A stretch of 64,000 bases of DNA from an uncultured Actinomycetes bacterium. GTDB lineage: Bacteria > Actinomycetota > UBA4738 > HRBIN12. The stretch's first letter is position 1, and each line of letters opens with the position of its first letter. The notes under the pieces are model-generated. The model was given only the letters and a program-made list of their open reading frames with translations. It did no database searches and was not told the origin of the DNA. The DNA lies in the NCBI GenBank assembly GCA_963704885.1, contig CAVPIB010000001.1, positions 256,001 to 320,000 of the forward strand, given 5' to 3'. Both the position numbers and the translations under genes were made by a program. Of the stretch, positions 9,651 through 21,007 are shown piece by piece.

Positions 9651-12119
9651 ATGACCGACATCCCGCAGCGTGCCCAGGTCGTGGTGATCGGCGGCGGCGC
9701 GATCGGCACCAGCATCGCGTACCACCTCACGAAGCTGGGCATCACCGACGTGGTGCTCCTCGAACGCAAGGAGCTTACCTCCGGAACCACCTGGCATGCC
9801 GCCGGTCTGATCACCAGCGCCGGCATGCCGACGGAGACGTTCCTGTGGATGTCGCGCTACACGACCGAGCTGCTGCCCAAGCTGACGGAGGAGACGGGCC
9901 AGGACACCGGGTTCCGCACCATCGGGCACCTCCACATCGCGTCCACGCCCCAGCGGGTCGAGACGGTCACCCGAGAGGCGATCTTCGCCAAGGCACACGG
10001 CGTGCCGATCGAGATGGTCGGCCCCGAAGAAGTCCTGCGGCATTGGCCCACCATCAGGGTCGACGACGTCCTCGCGGCCGCCTGGGTGCCCGACGAGGGG
10101 CGCGCCAACCCCGCCGATGTCGCGATGGCGTACGCCAAGGGGGCCCGCATGGGCGGCGCCACGATCATCGAGGGCGTCCCGGTCACGGGCTTCACGCGGA
10201 CCAACGACCGTGTCACGGGCGTGGTGACGGATCAGGGAACGATCGAGACCGAAACGGTCGTCGTCGCAGCCGGCATGTGGGGCCGCCAGCTCGGGGAACT
10301 CGCGGGCGTCTCGCTGCCGCTGCAGGCGGCTGAGCACTACTACCTACTGACGGACGAGGTCGAGTGGGCCGACACGAACGCACCTGTCGTCGAGGATCCC
10401 GACCGCTACGGCTACTACCGCGAGGAAGGCGGCGGCATGCTCGTCGGTCTGTTCGAGCCCGAGGCCGGCCCCTGGTCGCTCGACAGCATCCCGGAAGACC
10501 TCGGCTTCGCGGTGTTGCCGCCGGACTGGGAGCGCACCGGTGGGTTCCTCGCCACCGCCCTGGACCGATTCCCGATGCTGGAGTCCGTCGGTATCCGCCA
10601 GTTCTTCTGCGGCCCCGAGAGCTTCACGCCGGACAACGGGCCCTTGATCGGCGAGGTGCCCGAGCTACGCGGCTTCTACGCGGCGTGTGGACTGAACTCC
10701 CTCGGCATCCTGTTCTCCGGCGGCGTCGGTTCGATGGTGGCCCAGTGGATCCAAGAGGGCGAGCCGCCCGTGGACGTCACGGGGATCCATCCCGACCGAT
10801 TGCTGCCGTTCATGAAGAACCGCTCCTTCAGGAAGGAACGCACAGTCGAGTTGCTCGGCGACTCGTTCGGCGACGCCTTCTTCCCGACGTGGCAGCCTCG
10901 CTACGCGCGCAACGTGCGTCGCTCGGTGATCCACGACCGCTTGGTCGAAGCCGGAGCCGAGTTCGCCGTGCTGACGGGCTACGAGGTGCCGGAGTGGTTC
11001 GCCGCGCCAGGCGTGTCCCACGAGCGCGCGCAGTCATGGGTTCGTGACCAGGCCTTCGACGCGACGGCGGCCGAGCACCGCGCGGTCCGTGAGGCGGTCG
11101 GCGTCATGGACATGACGTTCATGGCCAGCCTGCTCGTCCAGGGACCGGACGCGCTGACCCTGCTCAACCGGGTGAGCGCGGGCCAGATCGACGTGCCCGT
11201 CGGCAGGATCGTCTACACCCACTGGTGCACTCCCAAGGGCGGCATCTGGACCGACCTGACCGTCACGCGTCTCGACGAGGACAGGTTCATGGTGATCGGA
11301 GCCGACATCATCCACCGGCGGATGATCGCGTGGCTCGAGCTCCACAAGGCCGACGGCGAGTTCGTGACGGTTACCGACATGACGAGCGCCCGCACGCTGC
11401 TCACGGTCCAGGGTCCGAGGTCGAGGGAGCTTCTCTCGCGTCTCACGACCGCGGATCTGTCCAACGAAGCCTTCCCCTACATGAGCGCGCAGGAGATCGA
11501 CGCGTATCACGGGGTCGCGCTCGCGATCCGGGTCACCTATCTCGGCGAGCTCGGATGGGAGCTGCACATCCCGAACGACTTTGCGCTGACCGTCTACGAC
11601 GAACTCCTCGAAGCCGGCCGGGATCTGGGCATCATGCACGCGGGCCTCGGTGCGTTGAACTCGTTGCGCCTGGAGAAGGCCTACCGCGACTACGGGCTCG
11701 ACATCGACAACTCCGACACCCTGCTCGAGGCCGGGCTGGGCTGGGCTGTCGCCTGGGACAAGCCGGACTTCATCGGCAAGGACGCCATGGTGGCCCAGCG
11801 TGACTCCGGGGTGCTGACCTCGCGCCTGGTGCAGGTGCTCGTCAACGATCCCGAGCCCCTCCTGTACGAGCGCGAGCAGCTCTACCGCGAAGGGGAACGG
11901 GTGGGTGAGGTGGAGAACGGCGCCTACGGCCACACCCTCGGAGGCGGAGTCGGGCTGGCGAGCATCGATCTCGATGACAACATCACGGACGACTTCATCA
12001 ACAGCGGCAGCTGGGAACTCGACATCGTGGGCACGCGCTACGCGGCGACCGTGTCCCTCACGCCTCTCTACGACCCCTTGCGAGAGCGCATCAAGGCGCG
12101 TCTCGTGGGCGGCGACTGA
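9651..12119 (+). CDS. GcvT-family FAD-dependent oxidoreductase (dimethylglycine/sarcosine dehydrogenase-like), paralog 1
   Basis: VVIGGGAIG, LTSGTTWHAAGL (covalent FAD His), GPESFTPD, YLGELGWELH, LRLEKAYR; DAO domain plus GcvT domains, 822 aa. Confidence 0.93.
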   Translation: MTDIPQRAQVVVIGGGAIGTSIAYHLTKLGITDVVLLERKELTSGTTWHAAGLITSAGMPTETFLWMSRYTTELLPKLTEETGQDTGFRTIGHLHIASTPQRVETVTREAIFAKAHGVPIEMVGPEEVLRHWPTIRVDDVLAAAWVPDEGRANPADVAMAYAKGARMGGATIIEGVPVTGFTRTNDRVTGVVTDQGTIETETVVVAAGMWGRQLGELAGVSLPLQAAEHYYLLTDEVEWADTNAPVVEDPDRYGYYREEGGGMLVGLFEPEAGPWSLDSIPEDLGFAVLPPDWERTGGFLATALDRFPMLESVGIRQFFCGPESFTPDNGPLIGEVPELRGFYAACGLNSLGILFSGGVGSMVAQWIQEGEPPVDVTGIHPDRLLPFMKNRSFRKERTVELLGDSFGDAFFPTWQPRYARNVRRSVIHDRLVEAGAEFAVLTGYEVPEWFAAPGVSHERAQSWVRDQAFDATAAEHRAVREAVGVMDMTFMASLLVQGPDALTLLNRVSAGQIDVPVGRIVYTHWCTPKGGIWTDLTVTRLDEDRFMVIGADIIHRRMIAWLELHKADGEFVTVTDMTSARTLLTVQGPRSRELLSRLTTADLSNEAFPYMSAQEIDAYHGVALAIRVTYLGELGWELHIPNDFALTVYDELLEAGRDLGIMHAGLGALNSLRLEKAYRDYGLDIDNSDTLLEAGLGWAVAWDKPDFIGKDAMVAQRDSGVLTSRLVQVLVNDPEPLLYEREQLYREGERVGEVENGAYGHTLGGGVGLASIDLDDNITDDFINSGSWELDIVGTRYAATVSLTPLYDPLRERIKARLVGGD

Positions 12120-12384
12120 GGCGGGACCAGACTGCGCCACGCGGTCGTGAGGGCCTCGGCGAACGCCACCAGCCTGTGCAGCAGCAGCGTGGGGACGTCC
12201 GGGTAGCTCGCTCCTGGCGGTTCCGGGGGACCGGATCCGTTGAGGCTGGCCAGCGCAGGATATCGCAAATCACTCGGCCCCATTCACCGGTATCCGGTGT
12301 CGATATCCGGGATTCCGTCTCCTAATCCCCGGGGGCAACTCCTAGCATCACGAAGTCCTGTCGACGCCAGAGGAGGCTGCGGAG

Positions 12385-14061
12385 ATGGCTGGTACCGGAA
12401 GAGGGAAGATGCGCCGCTACGTCGAAGCCGATCGCGAAGCCCGCCGGACGGGGGTACCCGTCGAAGAGGTATTCGGGCTCCGGGAAGAGGCCTACCAATG
12501 GGACGTCCAGCGTTCCCTAGATGCCTCCTTCGCGCACGAGACCGAACGGGAGCGGGCCCGCGACCGGATCGAGAGCGGTATCAGCCGGCGCGACTTCCTC
12601 AAGCGCGGTGGATTGGTTGGCGCAGGTGTCATCGGGCTCACGATGCTGAGCGCCTCCGATCCCCTGGCCAGGCGCGCCAACGCTGCGACCGCACCACGAG
12701 TGGTCGTCGTCGGCGCCGGGATCGCCGGCATGACCGCCGCGTACCGGATCTACAAGAGCACGGGCTGGGTCCCCCAGGTGTACGAGGCCACCCAGCGCGT
12801 CAGCGGTCGCGTCGAAACGGTCCGTGGGAAGATGCAGGATAGCGAGTACTTCGAGGAATGTGCCTCGGGGATCGACACCAACCAGTCGGGCCCAGGCTCG
12901 ATCATCGCACTGGCAGAGGAGTTGGGACTCCAGCCGTTCGACGACCTCTGGCTCAACTACCTGAACGGGGACGACGTCTACCACTACCTCGGCAAGAAGT
13001 ACACGTGGAATCAGCTCAAGGCTGGCGTCGCCGCGATCGACAACTTCGCCAACGTCCAATGGAGGAAGATCAAGTTCCTCCCCGCGTACAACAAGACCAA
13101 CGCGACCGCGACGACGTGGGATAACAAGACCGTCTTGGAGCTGATCAACTCGACCGCCTACCCCGTGACCACACCGGCAGGTGCGTACTACGCGCAGACC
13201 ATAGCCGGCGACGCCGGCGGGCCTGCCGACAAGATGAGCGCCCTCCATGCGATCCTCAATCAGGGGGGGAGGACGATCTGGCCAACGGGTGACAACAAGT
13301 ACGACGAACGCTGGGCGATCCCAGGCGGCAACGACGTGCTGGCGAGCACATTGACCTCGAGGATCCCGGCCGGGTCGGTGCACTTCGACCAGGCCTTGGT
13401 CGCGATCAAGAAGAACACCGACAACACGTACACACTGACCTTCCAGGGATCGGGCGGCGGCGGAACCTCGACCGTGGTCGCCGACCGGGTGGTCATGGCG
13501 AACCCGCCCACCACGATGAAGTACATCAACTACTCGGCTGCCGGGTTCAGCGCCCAGAAGGTGAAGTGCTTCGCCCAGCCGTTGGGCAACAACGCCAAGC
13601 TGGCGCTGCAGTTCAACGGACAGGCCTGGGCACCCGCGACCGGTGACGCGTACTCGGACACGGTCGGGGGGTACACCTGGCCGGTCCAGTTCAGAAGTAC
13701 CGCGAAACCGCACCTGCTGCTGCTGAACAACAAGGACTACGGTCCACTCACCGCAGAGGAAGCGTCACCCGCGGTCGTTTCCGAGTCTCTCGCGGCGTTG
13801 GACAAGTTGTTCCCGGGGATCAGCATCAGTTTCATCCCCGGACAGTGCTACATCTCACAGCGCACCAACGACAAGTACACCGGCGGTTCCTACCCCTACT
13901 ACGGGCTCGGCGGCTTCACTGGTTACCAGGGCTATCAGAAGGTACGCGAAGGCAACGTTCATTTCGCCGGTGACCATGCGGCGGACTACGCCAGGATCGG
14001 GTACATGGACGGCGCCGTCCGGTCGGGCGAGCGTGCCGCCGCCGAGGTCACCAGCTACTAG
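12385..14061 (+). CDS. Flavin monoamine oxidase family protein with internal twin-arginine motif
   Basis: SRRDFLK plus hydrophobic stretch, VVVVGAGIAG, SGRVET, HFAGDH, GYMDGAVRSGERAA. Confidence 0.88.
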   Translation: MAGTGRGKMRRYVEADREARRTGVPVEEVFGLREEAYQWDVQRSLDASFAHETERERARDRIESGISRRDFLKRGGLVGAGVIGLTMLSASDPLARRANAATAPRVVVVGAGIAGMTAAYRIYKSTGWVPQVYEATQRVSGRVETVRGKMQDSEYFEECASGIDTNQSGPGSIIALAEELGLQPFDDLWLNYLNGDDVYHYLGKKYTWNQLKAGVAAIDNFANVQWRKIKFLPAYNKTNATATTWDNKTVLELINSTAYPVTTPAGAYYAQTIAGDAGGPADKMSALHAILNQGGRTIWPTGDNKYDERWAIPGGNDVLASTLTSRIPAGSVHFDQALVAIKKNTDNTYTLTFQGSGGGGTSTVVADRVVMANPPTTMKYINYSAAGFSAQKVKCFAQPLGNNAKLALQFNGQAWAPATGDAYSDTVGGYTWPVQFRSTAKPHLLLLNNKDYGPLTAEEASPAVVSESLAALDKLFPGISISFIPGQCYISQRTNDKYTGGSYPYYGLGGFTGYQGYQKVREGNVHFAGDHAADYARIGYMDGAVRSGERAAAEVTSY

Positions 14062-14371
14062 GGTGGTGGGCCGGCTGGCCCCTGAGCCCCTGGACGGATG
14101 CGGGCCACGACTGCACCGACCGAGCGGCTCGCCGGCTCGGATGAACGGCGAACGAGAACCCGGCAAGCGAGAGAGCCTCGGCCGGGGGATCGTCTCCGCG
14201 ACGTCGAGCGCCGGAGGGCGGCGCGGCTCCGAGTCGTGTCGGTGAGGTGGTGGTCATGTTCGACCCGCTACAGCTGACGCCGTCCTCGGCGATCGACTTC
14301 CCAGGGCCCATGACGAACCCCCTCACCGGATACCGCTGACGCTGCTCGGATCTGCCGCGATACTCGGTGGC

Positions 14372-14830
14372 ATGAGCCAGAAACTGGATGATATCGACCT
14401 GCAGATCCTCGACGCGCTCCAAGCAGACGCTCGGACCTCCTTCGTGCGACTGGCGCGGAGTCTCGGAGTGTCCGACACGACCGTCCGGGCGCGGATCGAT
14501 CGCCTCGTGCGTCGCTTCGGCGTGAGGTTCGTGGTCGATATCGACCCCAAGGAACTCGGGATGCTCTACTTCTATCTCGGTGTGCGTGTACAAGGGCCCG
14601 CGATGACACGTGCCGTTGACCGGATGAGTGAACTCCCCGAGATCATCTTCCTCGGGCGCACGTTGGGTGGGTACGACCTTCTCGCGGAGATGGTGTGCCG
14701 AGACAATGCCGACATGGTGCGGATGCTCGACGTGATCCGTTCGATCGCCGGCGTGACGCAGGTCGATACCTACACCGTCTTGACCATCGAGAAGGAGAAC
14801 TGGCGATTCACCAGTCTTGCGCGCGACTAG
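14372..14830 (+). CDS. Lrp/AsnC family transcriptional regulator
   Basis: LDDIDLQILDALQADARTSF..LARSLGVS..TVRARI HTH; GGYDL in the RAM domain. Confidence 0.95.
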   Translation: MSQKLDDIDLQILDALQADARTSFVRLARSLGVSDTTVRARIDRLVRRFGVRFVVDIDPKELGMLYFYLGVRVQGPAMTRAVDRMSELPEIIFLGRTLGGYDLLAEMVCRDNADMVRMLDVIRSIAGVTQVDTYTVLTIEKENWRFTSLARD

Positions 14831-14967
14831 GTATGGCCAACGGATGCAACCGGAACGAAGTACCGCGGTTCGAACGACGCGTCGAGTGCGACCTTTGGAT
14901 CCAGCGCGTGATCGCCTGCTAGCCTCCCGCTCGGGTTCACGAGCGTGGATCTGAGTTCAAGGAGGAC

Positions 14968-15408
14968 ATGGTGAGCGACGACAAGGAAGCCCTGCTGCGC
15001 GCGGAAGCCGAACAAGCGGCGGCGATCGAACACTTCGTCTCAACACTGACGCAAGAGGAGGCGGAGGAGCCAATCCTCAATGAAGACGGCTGGTCGGTGA
15101 AGGACGTCGTGTACCACATCGCGTACTGGCAGTCGCTCGGCGCCGCCGCCACGGTAGACCGAACTGGCTCCTATGCGGGGTCTGACGAGGAGTTGGATCA
15201 AGAGAACGAAAAGGTACTGAAGGCTTCATCGACGGTCTCGTGGGCAAGCGCGCTGGACGAGTGGAACCTGGCGCGAGGCCGGGCTCGTGAGGCTTTCGGG
15301 GCCATCGAGGCGCCGTCCGAGAGCGACATCGAGTGGTTCACGGAAGAAGGCATCGATCACATGGCAAACCACCTGGCGGAGATGGTCGCATGGAAGAGCC
15401 GGCGGTGA
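14968..15408 (+). CDS. DinB/MDMPI-like four-helix bundle protein
   Basis: GWSVKDVVYHIAYW and C-terminal H..xH; AAGGAGG RBS. Confidence 0.8.
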   Translation: MVSDDKEALLRAEAEQAAAIEHFVSTLTQEEAEEPILNEDGWSVKDVVYHIAYWQSLGAAATVDRTGSYAGSDEELDQENEKVLKASSTVSWASALDEWNLARGRAREAFGAIEAPSESDIEWFTEEGIDHMANHLAEMVAWKSRR

Positions 15409-15492
15409 TCGAACCCTTTCCGGCCGCGCGCTCGTCGGTGGTGGGTGCGTGGAGCTGATCGCCGCCTGGGGGGCTGCGGGAGCAGGGAGCCC

Positions 15493-16062
15493 ATGAACGA
15501 AGCGCACAACGAGTTGTGCTCGAGCCCCGGATGGGCCGAGTACCTACGCACCGATGTGCTCCCGCTCGTCCTTGATGGGATCGACCTCGGGCAAGACATG
15601 ATCGAGGTTGGCCCGGGCTTCGGTCTCGCGACCGACGTCCTGCGGCACCGAGTTACGAACCTGACAGCAGTCGAGATCGACCCGGCTCTCGCCGAAGGAC
15701 TCGCGAAGCGCCTGGCGGGCACCGATGTCACTGTCCTTCAGGCCGACGGGGCTCATCTCCCGTTCGACGCCGGATACTTCAGCTCGGCTGCTTCTTTCAC
15801 CATGCTTCACCATGTTCCATCCGCTTCCAAGCAGGACGAGCTCATGGCCGAACTGGCGCGGGTGCTGCAGCCCGGAGGTGTCCTGATCGGCGCCGACAGC
15901 CTCGACGATGCCGAGTTCAGGGAGTTCCACAGGGATGACGTGTGCGTTCCGGTTGATCCGACAGACCTACCGAGCCGGCTCGAACGATCTGGGTTCTCAG
16001 ACGCGAACGTCGGGACTTCGGGGGAAACACTCTGGTTCGTCGCGCGCACCGCATCCGCGTGA
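15493..16062 (+). CDS. Class I SAM-dependent methyltransferase
   Basis: IEVGPGFG, AVEID, LPF, MLHHV, RVLQPGG; start at ATG 15493. Confidence 0.9.
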   Translation: MNEAHNELCSSPGWAEYLRTDVLPLVLDGIDLGQDMIEVGPGFGLATDVLRHRVTNLTAVEIDPALAEGLAKRLAGTDVTVLQADGAHLPFDAGYFSSAASFTMLHHVPSASKQDELMAELARVLQPGGVLIGADSLDDAEFREFHRDDVCVPVDPTDLPSRLERSGFSDANVGTSGETLWFVARTASA

Positions 16063-16124
16063 GTTCATCGACTCCGGCAACACGGGTGCGAACCCGCACC
16101 TATCTCGATGGATGCTCCCTTGCG

Positions 16125-18557
16125 CTACGCTCTGAGGCGTTCGTTCTGCGGATCGAACAGCGGGGCGTCGACCACGGTAGCCGTACGCCACTCGCCGAGG
16201 ATGTCGATCTCGAGGGTCGTTCCGGAGGTCGCGAGAGCTACTGGAACGTATGCCAGCGCGATGACGGCACCGGTCACATGGCCGCGCTCGGCGGCACTCA
16301 CATATCCGACCACGTCTCCCTCCAGCGTGCGTATGGCTTCGTTCCCCAGGGGGATCGCATCGCCGCAGTCCACGGTGATGCACGCGAGGGAGCGGGTGAT
16401 GCCTTCCTCCTTCTGGCGAACCAGAGCGTCGCGACCGATGAACTCTCCCTTGTCGAGTTTCACGAATATGTCCATCCCGGCTTCCCATGGAGTGAAGTCG
16501 GCTGAGATGTCGCCCCCCCAGAGACGGTAGGCCTTCTCCATCCTCATCGAATCCAACGCCCGATAGCCGAAGTCGACCAGCCCGAGAGGCTCGCCGGCGG
16601 CAACCAGTACCTCGTAGATGTCGACCAAGTGTTCGCTCGCATGGTGCAGCTCCCAGCCGAGCTCGCCGAGGTATGAGATGCGCATCGCGAACACCGGTAT
16701 GCCGGCGACGTCGATCGTGCGGGCAGTCATCCATGGGAACGCTTCGTTGGCTACGTCATCTGACGTCACCGCGGCCAACAGCTCACGGGAGCGCGGGCCC
16801 GCGATGCTCAACACGCCGCGCGACTCGGTGAGGTTCTCGACGCTTACGCTCGCGTCGCCGGGGAGGTGGCGCACCATCCACTCGAGGTCGTGCACCTGGG
16901 TGGCGGCAGCACCGACGAGGTAGTAGCTGTTCTCGCCGGTTCGAACCACTGTGAGGTCGCACTCGATGCCGCCGCGTTCTGTGAGCATCTGCGTGATGAC
17001 GATCTTCCCGATGACATCGCTGAGCCGGTTGGCACACAGTCGCTCGAGGAACACGCGCGAGCCGGGGCCGCTGACCTCGTACTTAGCGAAGCTCGACTGG
17101 TCCAGCACGCCTACCCGCTCGCGTACCGTCCGGCATTCCGCTGCAACATGGGAAACCCAATCCGGCGTGCGGAACGTCAGCGAGTGATCTTCTCGTTCGA
17201 CACCGGGCGGTGCGAACCATAGAGGACGTTCCCATCCGAACTTGAAGCCCATCACGGCGCCACGTTCAACGAGTCGGTCGTGCAGGGCGTCCTTCTTCTG
17301 GGGTCTGCCCGCCGGGCGCTCCTCGTGCGGGAACGCGATGCTGTACTCGTGGCCGTATACGTCGAGGGAGCGCTCCTCGTAGTAGCTGCGTTCGCTCGCC
17401 CAGGGACCGAAACGCCGGATATCGAGTTCCCACATGTCCACGCTTGGCTGGCCATCGACGATCCATTCGGCTGCGAAACGGCCCGCGCCGCCGCCCGAGA
17501 CGATGCCGAAGATGCTGAATCCGCTCAGCTGAAAGAAACTGCGGAAACCGGGCGTCCACCCCATCAGGCAACGGCCGTCGGGCGTATAGCCGTCGGGCCC
17601 ATTAACGATGCGCGCTATCCCAGCGTTGGCAACCGCCTCGATCCGCTCGCCGGCCTTGAGCAACACGTCCTGGATCCGATCGAGATCCGGTTCGAGCAGC
17701 TTCCCTTCGAAATCCCAGGGGACACCGTCCGTCGCCCACGACTTCGCTTTCTTCTCGAATGGACCGACGATGAGGCCGTCCACTTCCTGACGGACGTAGA
17801 AGGACCAGTCGGGGTCACGGATGACCGGCAGCTCGGCAGGCAACTCCTTCAGAGCCGGTATCGCGCTGGTCACGATCATGTGGTGCTCCAGTGGGGTGAT
17901 GGGCAGGTCGATACCGGCCATGCGCCCGATACGCGGAGCCCACATGCCCGCCGCGTTGACGAGGACCTCACACTCGATGGAACCCTTGTCGGTCTCGATC
18001 GCCCATCCGCCGTCGGGCTTCTCCTGCAGTGCGGTCACGCGTGTCTGACGGTTGATCTCGATGCCCTTCGCCTTGGCGCCGGCGGCCATCGCCATCGCGA
18101 TGCTGCTGGGATCCACGTAACCGTCGGTCGGCATCCAGAGCCCGCCGACGACACCCTCGGTGTTGATCATGGGCCAGCGCTCCGCGATCGCAGCCGAGGG
18201 GAGGAGTTGGGCTTCCAGCCCAACGCCGGCAGCCCGTGAGCAAGCCCACTTGTACTCGTCGAGGCGGTCGGTGTTCGATGCCAGCCGGATGCTACCCACC
18301 TCGTGGAAGTCCACCGCTTGGCCGGTCTTCGCCTCCAGCGACCTGTAGAGCTCGATCGAATACATCAGCAGCCGCGTGATGTTGCGGCTCGCGTTGAACT
18401 GTGCGCACAAGCCAGCGGCGTGCCATGTCGAACCCGAAGTCAACTCCCCCTTCTCCAGCAGGACCACATCGGTCCAGCCGAGTTCGGAGAGGTGGTAGGC
18501 CAGCGAGCATCCGCCGACGCCGCCGCCGATGATGACGACCTGCGCCCTGTCCTTCAT
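16125..18557 (-). CDS. GcvT-family FAD-dependent oxidoreductase (DMG dehydrogenase-like), paralog 2
   Basis: MKDRAQVVIIGGGVGG, LTSGSTWHAAG, GWERP, SYLGELGWELH, MRMEKAYR; GAGGAG RBS. Confidence 0.93.
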   Translation of the reverse strand: MKDRAQVVIIGGGVGGCSLAYHLSELGWTDVVLLEKGELTSGSTWHAAGLCAQFNASRNITRLLMYSIELYRSLEAKTGQAVDFHEVGSIRLASNTDRLDEYKWACSRAAGVGLEAQLLPSAAIAERWPMINTEGVVGGLWMPTDGYVDPSSIAMAMAAGAKAKGIEINRQTRVTALQEKPDGGWAIETDKGSIECEVLVNAAGMWAPRIGRMAGIDLPITPLEHHMIVTSAIPALKELPAELPVIRDPDWSFYVRQEVDGLIVGPFEKKAKSWATDGVPWDFEGKLLEPDLDRIQDVLLKAGERIEAVANAGIARIVNGPDGYTPDGRCLMGWTPGFRSFFQLSGFSIFGIVSGGGAGRFAAEWIVDGQPSVDMWELDIRRFGPWASERSYYEERSLDVYGHEYSIAFPHEERPAGRPQKKDALHDRLVERGAVMGFKFGWERPLWFAPPGVEREDHSLTFRTPDWVSHVAAECRTVRERVGVLDQSSFAKYEVSGPGSRVFLERLCANRLSDVIGKIVITQMLTERGGIECDLTVVRTGENSYYLVGAAATQVHDLEWMVRHLPGDASVSVENLTESRGVLSIAGPRSRELLAAVTSDDVANEAFPWMTARTIDVAGIPVFAMRISYLGELGWELHHASEHLVDIYEVLVAAGEPLGLVDFGYRALDSMRMEKAYRLWGGDISADFTPWEAGMDIFVKLDKGEFIGRDALVRQKEEGITRSLACITVDCGDAIPLGNEAIRTLEGDVVGYVSAAERGHVTGAVIALAYVPVALATSGTTLEIDILGEWRTATVVDAPLFDPQNERLRA

Positions 18558-18567
18558 GGTTCGCTCC

Positions 18568-21007
18568 TCATGCCCGCGGCCGAAGGTTCTCGGGGTCGTA
18601 GGCGGCGTCCACCAGCACCGTGGCCGGGCGGCGATCTCCGAGCAGGGCGATCTGGAGCTCGGTCCCCGGGGCCTCGAAGCCGCTGTCCACATACGCGAAC
18701 GCTAGGCTCTTGCCCGTCGCGTGGCCGTAGCCTCCCGACGTGGTGACGCCGATGGCCTTATCGCCCGAGATCACCGGCTCGCCGCCGGCAGGGTCGAAGT
18801 CGACGGCGTCCACCTCCAGATAGACCATGTGCGTCGTCGCGCCTCGCTCCATGGCGGCGACGACGGCGTCGCGTCCCGTGAACTCGTGATCGAGCTTCAC
18901 GAAGCGCATCATCCCGGCCTCGATCGGCGTGATCTCGTTCGTGAGCTCGACCACCCCAGCCGGGGTAGGCCTTCTCCATCCGAAGGCTGTTCATGGCGTA
19001 CAGACCGAAGTCGGCGATGCCGAACTCCTCGCCCGCCGCCCAGACGGCTTCGTACAGGGCGACGACCTGGCCCATCTTGACGTGCAGCTCCCAACCCAGC
19101 TCGCCCACGTAGTTGACGCGCAGAGCGAGGACGCTGATCCCGGCCACCTCGATCTCCTTGCCCGTGAGCCACGGGAAGGCGTCGTTGCCGAGGTCGGCCG
19201 TGGTCAGCTTCGCCAACAGCTCTCGCGAGTGCGGCCCAGCCACGATCAACGCGCTGAGATCTGCCGTAACGTCGGCGATGGTGACTGCCTCTTCGGTACG
19301 CAGCGCGTTACGCATCAGATCGAGGTCGCGCCGGTAGGCGACCGCACCCGAGAGGATGAAGAACCGGTCGCCCGCAAGTCGGGTGACCGTGAACTCCGTC
19401 GCGTAGCGGCCGTTCTCGCTCAGCGCGTGGGCGAGCACGATGCCGCCCTCGCGGCGCGGCATCCGGTTGGCGCACAGGCGATCGAGGAGTGCTTCGGCGT
19501 CCGGGCCTGACACCTCGAACTTGGCGAAGCTCGGCAGCTCCATCACGCCGACGCGCTCGCGGACGGCCCGACACTCGGCCGCCACCACCTCGAACACGTT
19601 GTTGCGGCGGAACGTGCTCTCCTCTTCTCGCCCGTCGAGCGAGAACCACTTCGGGCGCTCCCACCCGAAGCCCTCGGTGAACACGCAGCCCTTGGCGAGG
19701 AGCTTGTCGTATAGCGGCGACGTTCTTGCGGGCCGACCCTCCGGCCGCTCCTCTCCGGGCGGCACCAGCCGGTACATGTCCCAGTACTCGCGATGCGCCT
19801 TCGCCGAAGCGTAGGCCTGGTCGCAGAAGTCCCCGTACCGGCGCGGGTCCATGCCCAGCATGTTGATCTCGCTGTCGCCGTGGATCATCCACTGGGCGAG
19901 GTAACGGCCGCACCCCGGGCCCTGGGCGATGCCGATGCCGGTGCCGGTGGCAAGCCAGAAGTTCCGCACGCCGGGTGCGGGCCCGACGAGGGGGTTGCTG
20001 TCGGGCGTGTGCGAGATGGCGCCGTTCACGACCCTCTTGATCCCGGCGTCCGCGAGGATAGGCATCCGCTCCATGACACGCTCGAGGTAGGGCGTGATCC
20101 GGTCGAGCTCCGGCTCGAACAGCTCGTTGGAGGAGTCCCAGGCGGGACCGCCCTGGCCGGTCCAGGCCTCCCGGGTGCCGCTCCCCTCGTAGATCCCGAT
20201 CAGGCCAGACTTCTGTTCCTGGCGGTAGTAGGCGGAGCAGTGAGGGTCGCGCATGACCGGGATCTCGCCGTCACGCTCGAGGAACTCCTTCACGGGTCCG
20301 GTCACCACATACTGGTGCTTGATGTTGGCGAACCGGGTCTGGACGCCCAGCCACGCGCTCACCCGGTCCGCGTAGCAGCCCGCGGCGTTGACGACGTGCT
20401 CGCAGGTGATGTCGCCTTGCTCGGTGGACACCTTGAACTCGCCGTTCGGCAGTTGTTCGACCCCGAGCACCCGGTTGTTGATGACGATGGTTGAACCCAG
20501 GCGTTTGGCTGCGGCAGCCATCGCGTTGCACGCGCTCGAGGGATCCACGTGGCCGTCGTCGAGCGTCCAGGCGCCGGCGAGCACGCCCTCGGTCGTCACG
20601 AACGGGTTGATGCGCCGGATCTCCTCGGGGCTGATGACCTGCATCCGGAACCCGATGTTGGCGGCCACGCCCTCGACGCGCTTGAAGTGGTCGAGCTCCA
20701 ACTGGTTCGTGGCGAGGCGGATACCGCCCGGTGCGTGCCATCCGGTGGCCTCTCCGGTCTCCGCCTCAAGGCGGGCGTACAGGTCGTTGCTGTAAGCGTG
20801 GACCTTGGCAAGGTTGTAGTCGGCGATGAAGCTGGGGCACTGGCCGGCGGCGTGCCAGGTGGAGCCCGACGTCAGCTCTCCCTTCTCGACCAGGATCACG
20901 TCGGTGCAGCCCTCGAGGGCCAAACCGTGCAACAGGCCGATGCCCATGGCACCCCCGCCTACGATCACGACGCGCGCACCGGATATCACGGTTGTCTCCT
21001 CCGACAC
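18568..21007 (-). CDS. GcvT-family FAD-dependent oxidoreductase (DMG dehydrogenase-like), paralog 3 (frameshift near 18953)
   Basis: LTSGSTWHAAG...LRMEKAYPGWG, then after one extra base VELTNEITPIEAG...VTTSGGYGH..GKSLAFAYV...YDPENLRPRA. Confidence 0.9.
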
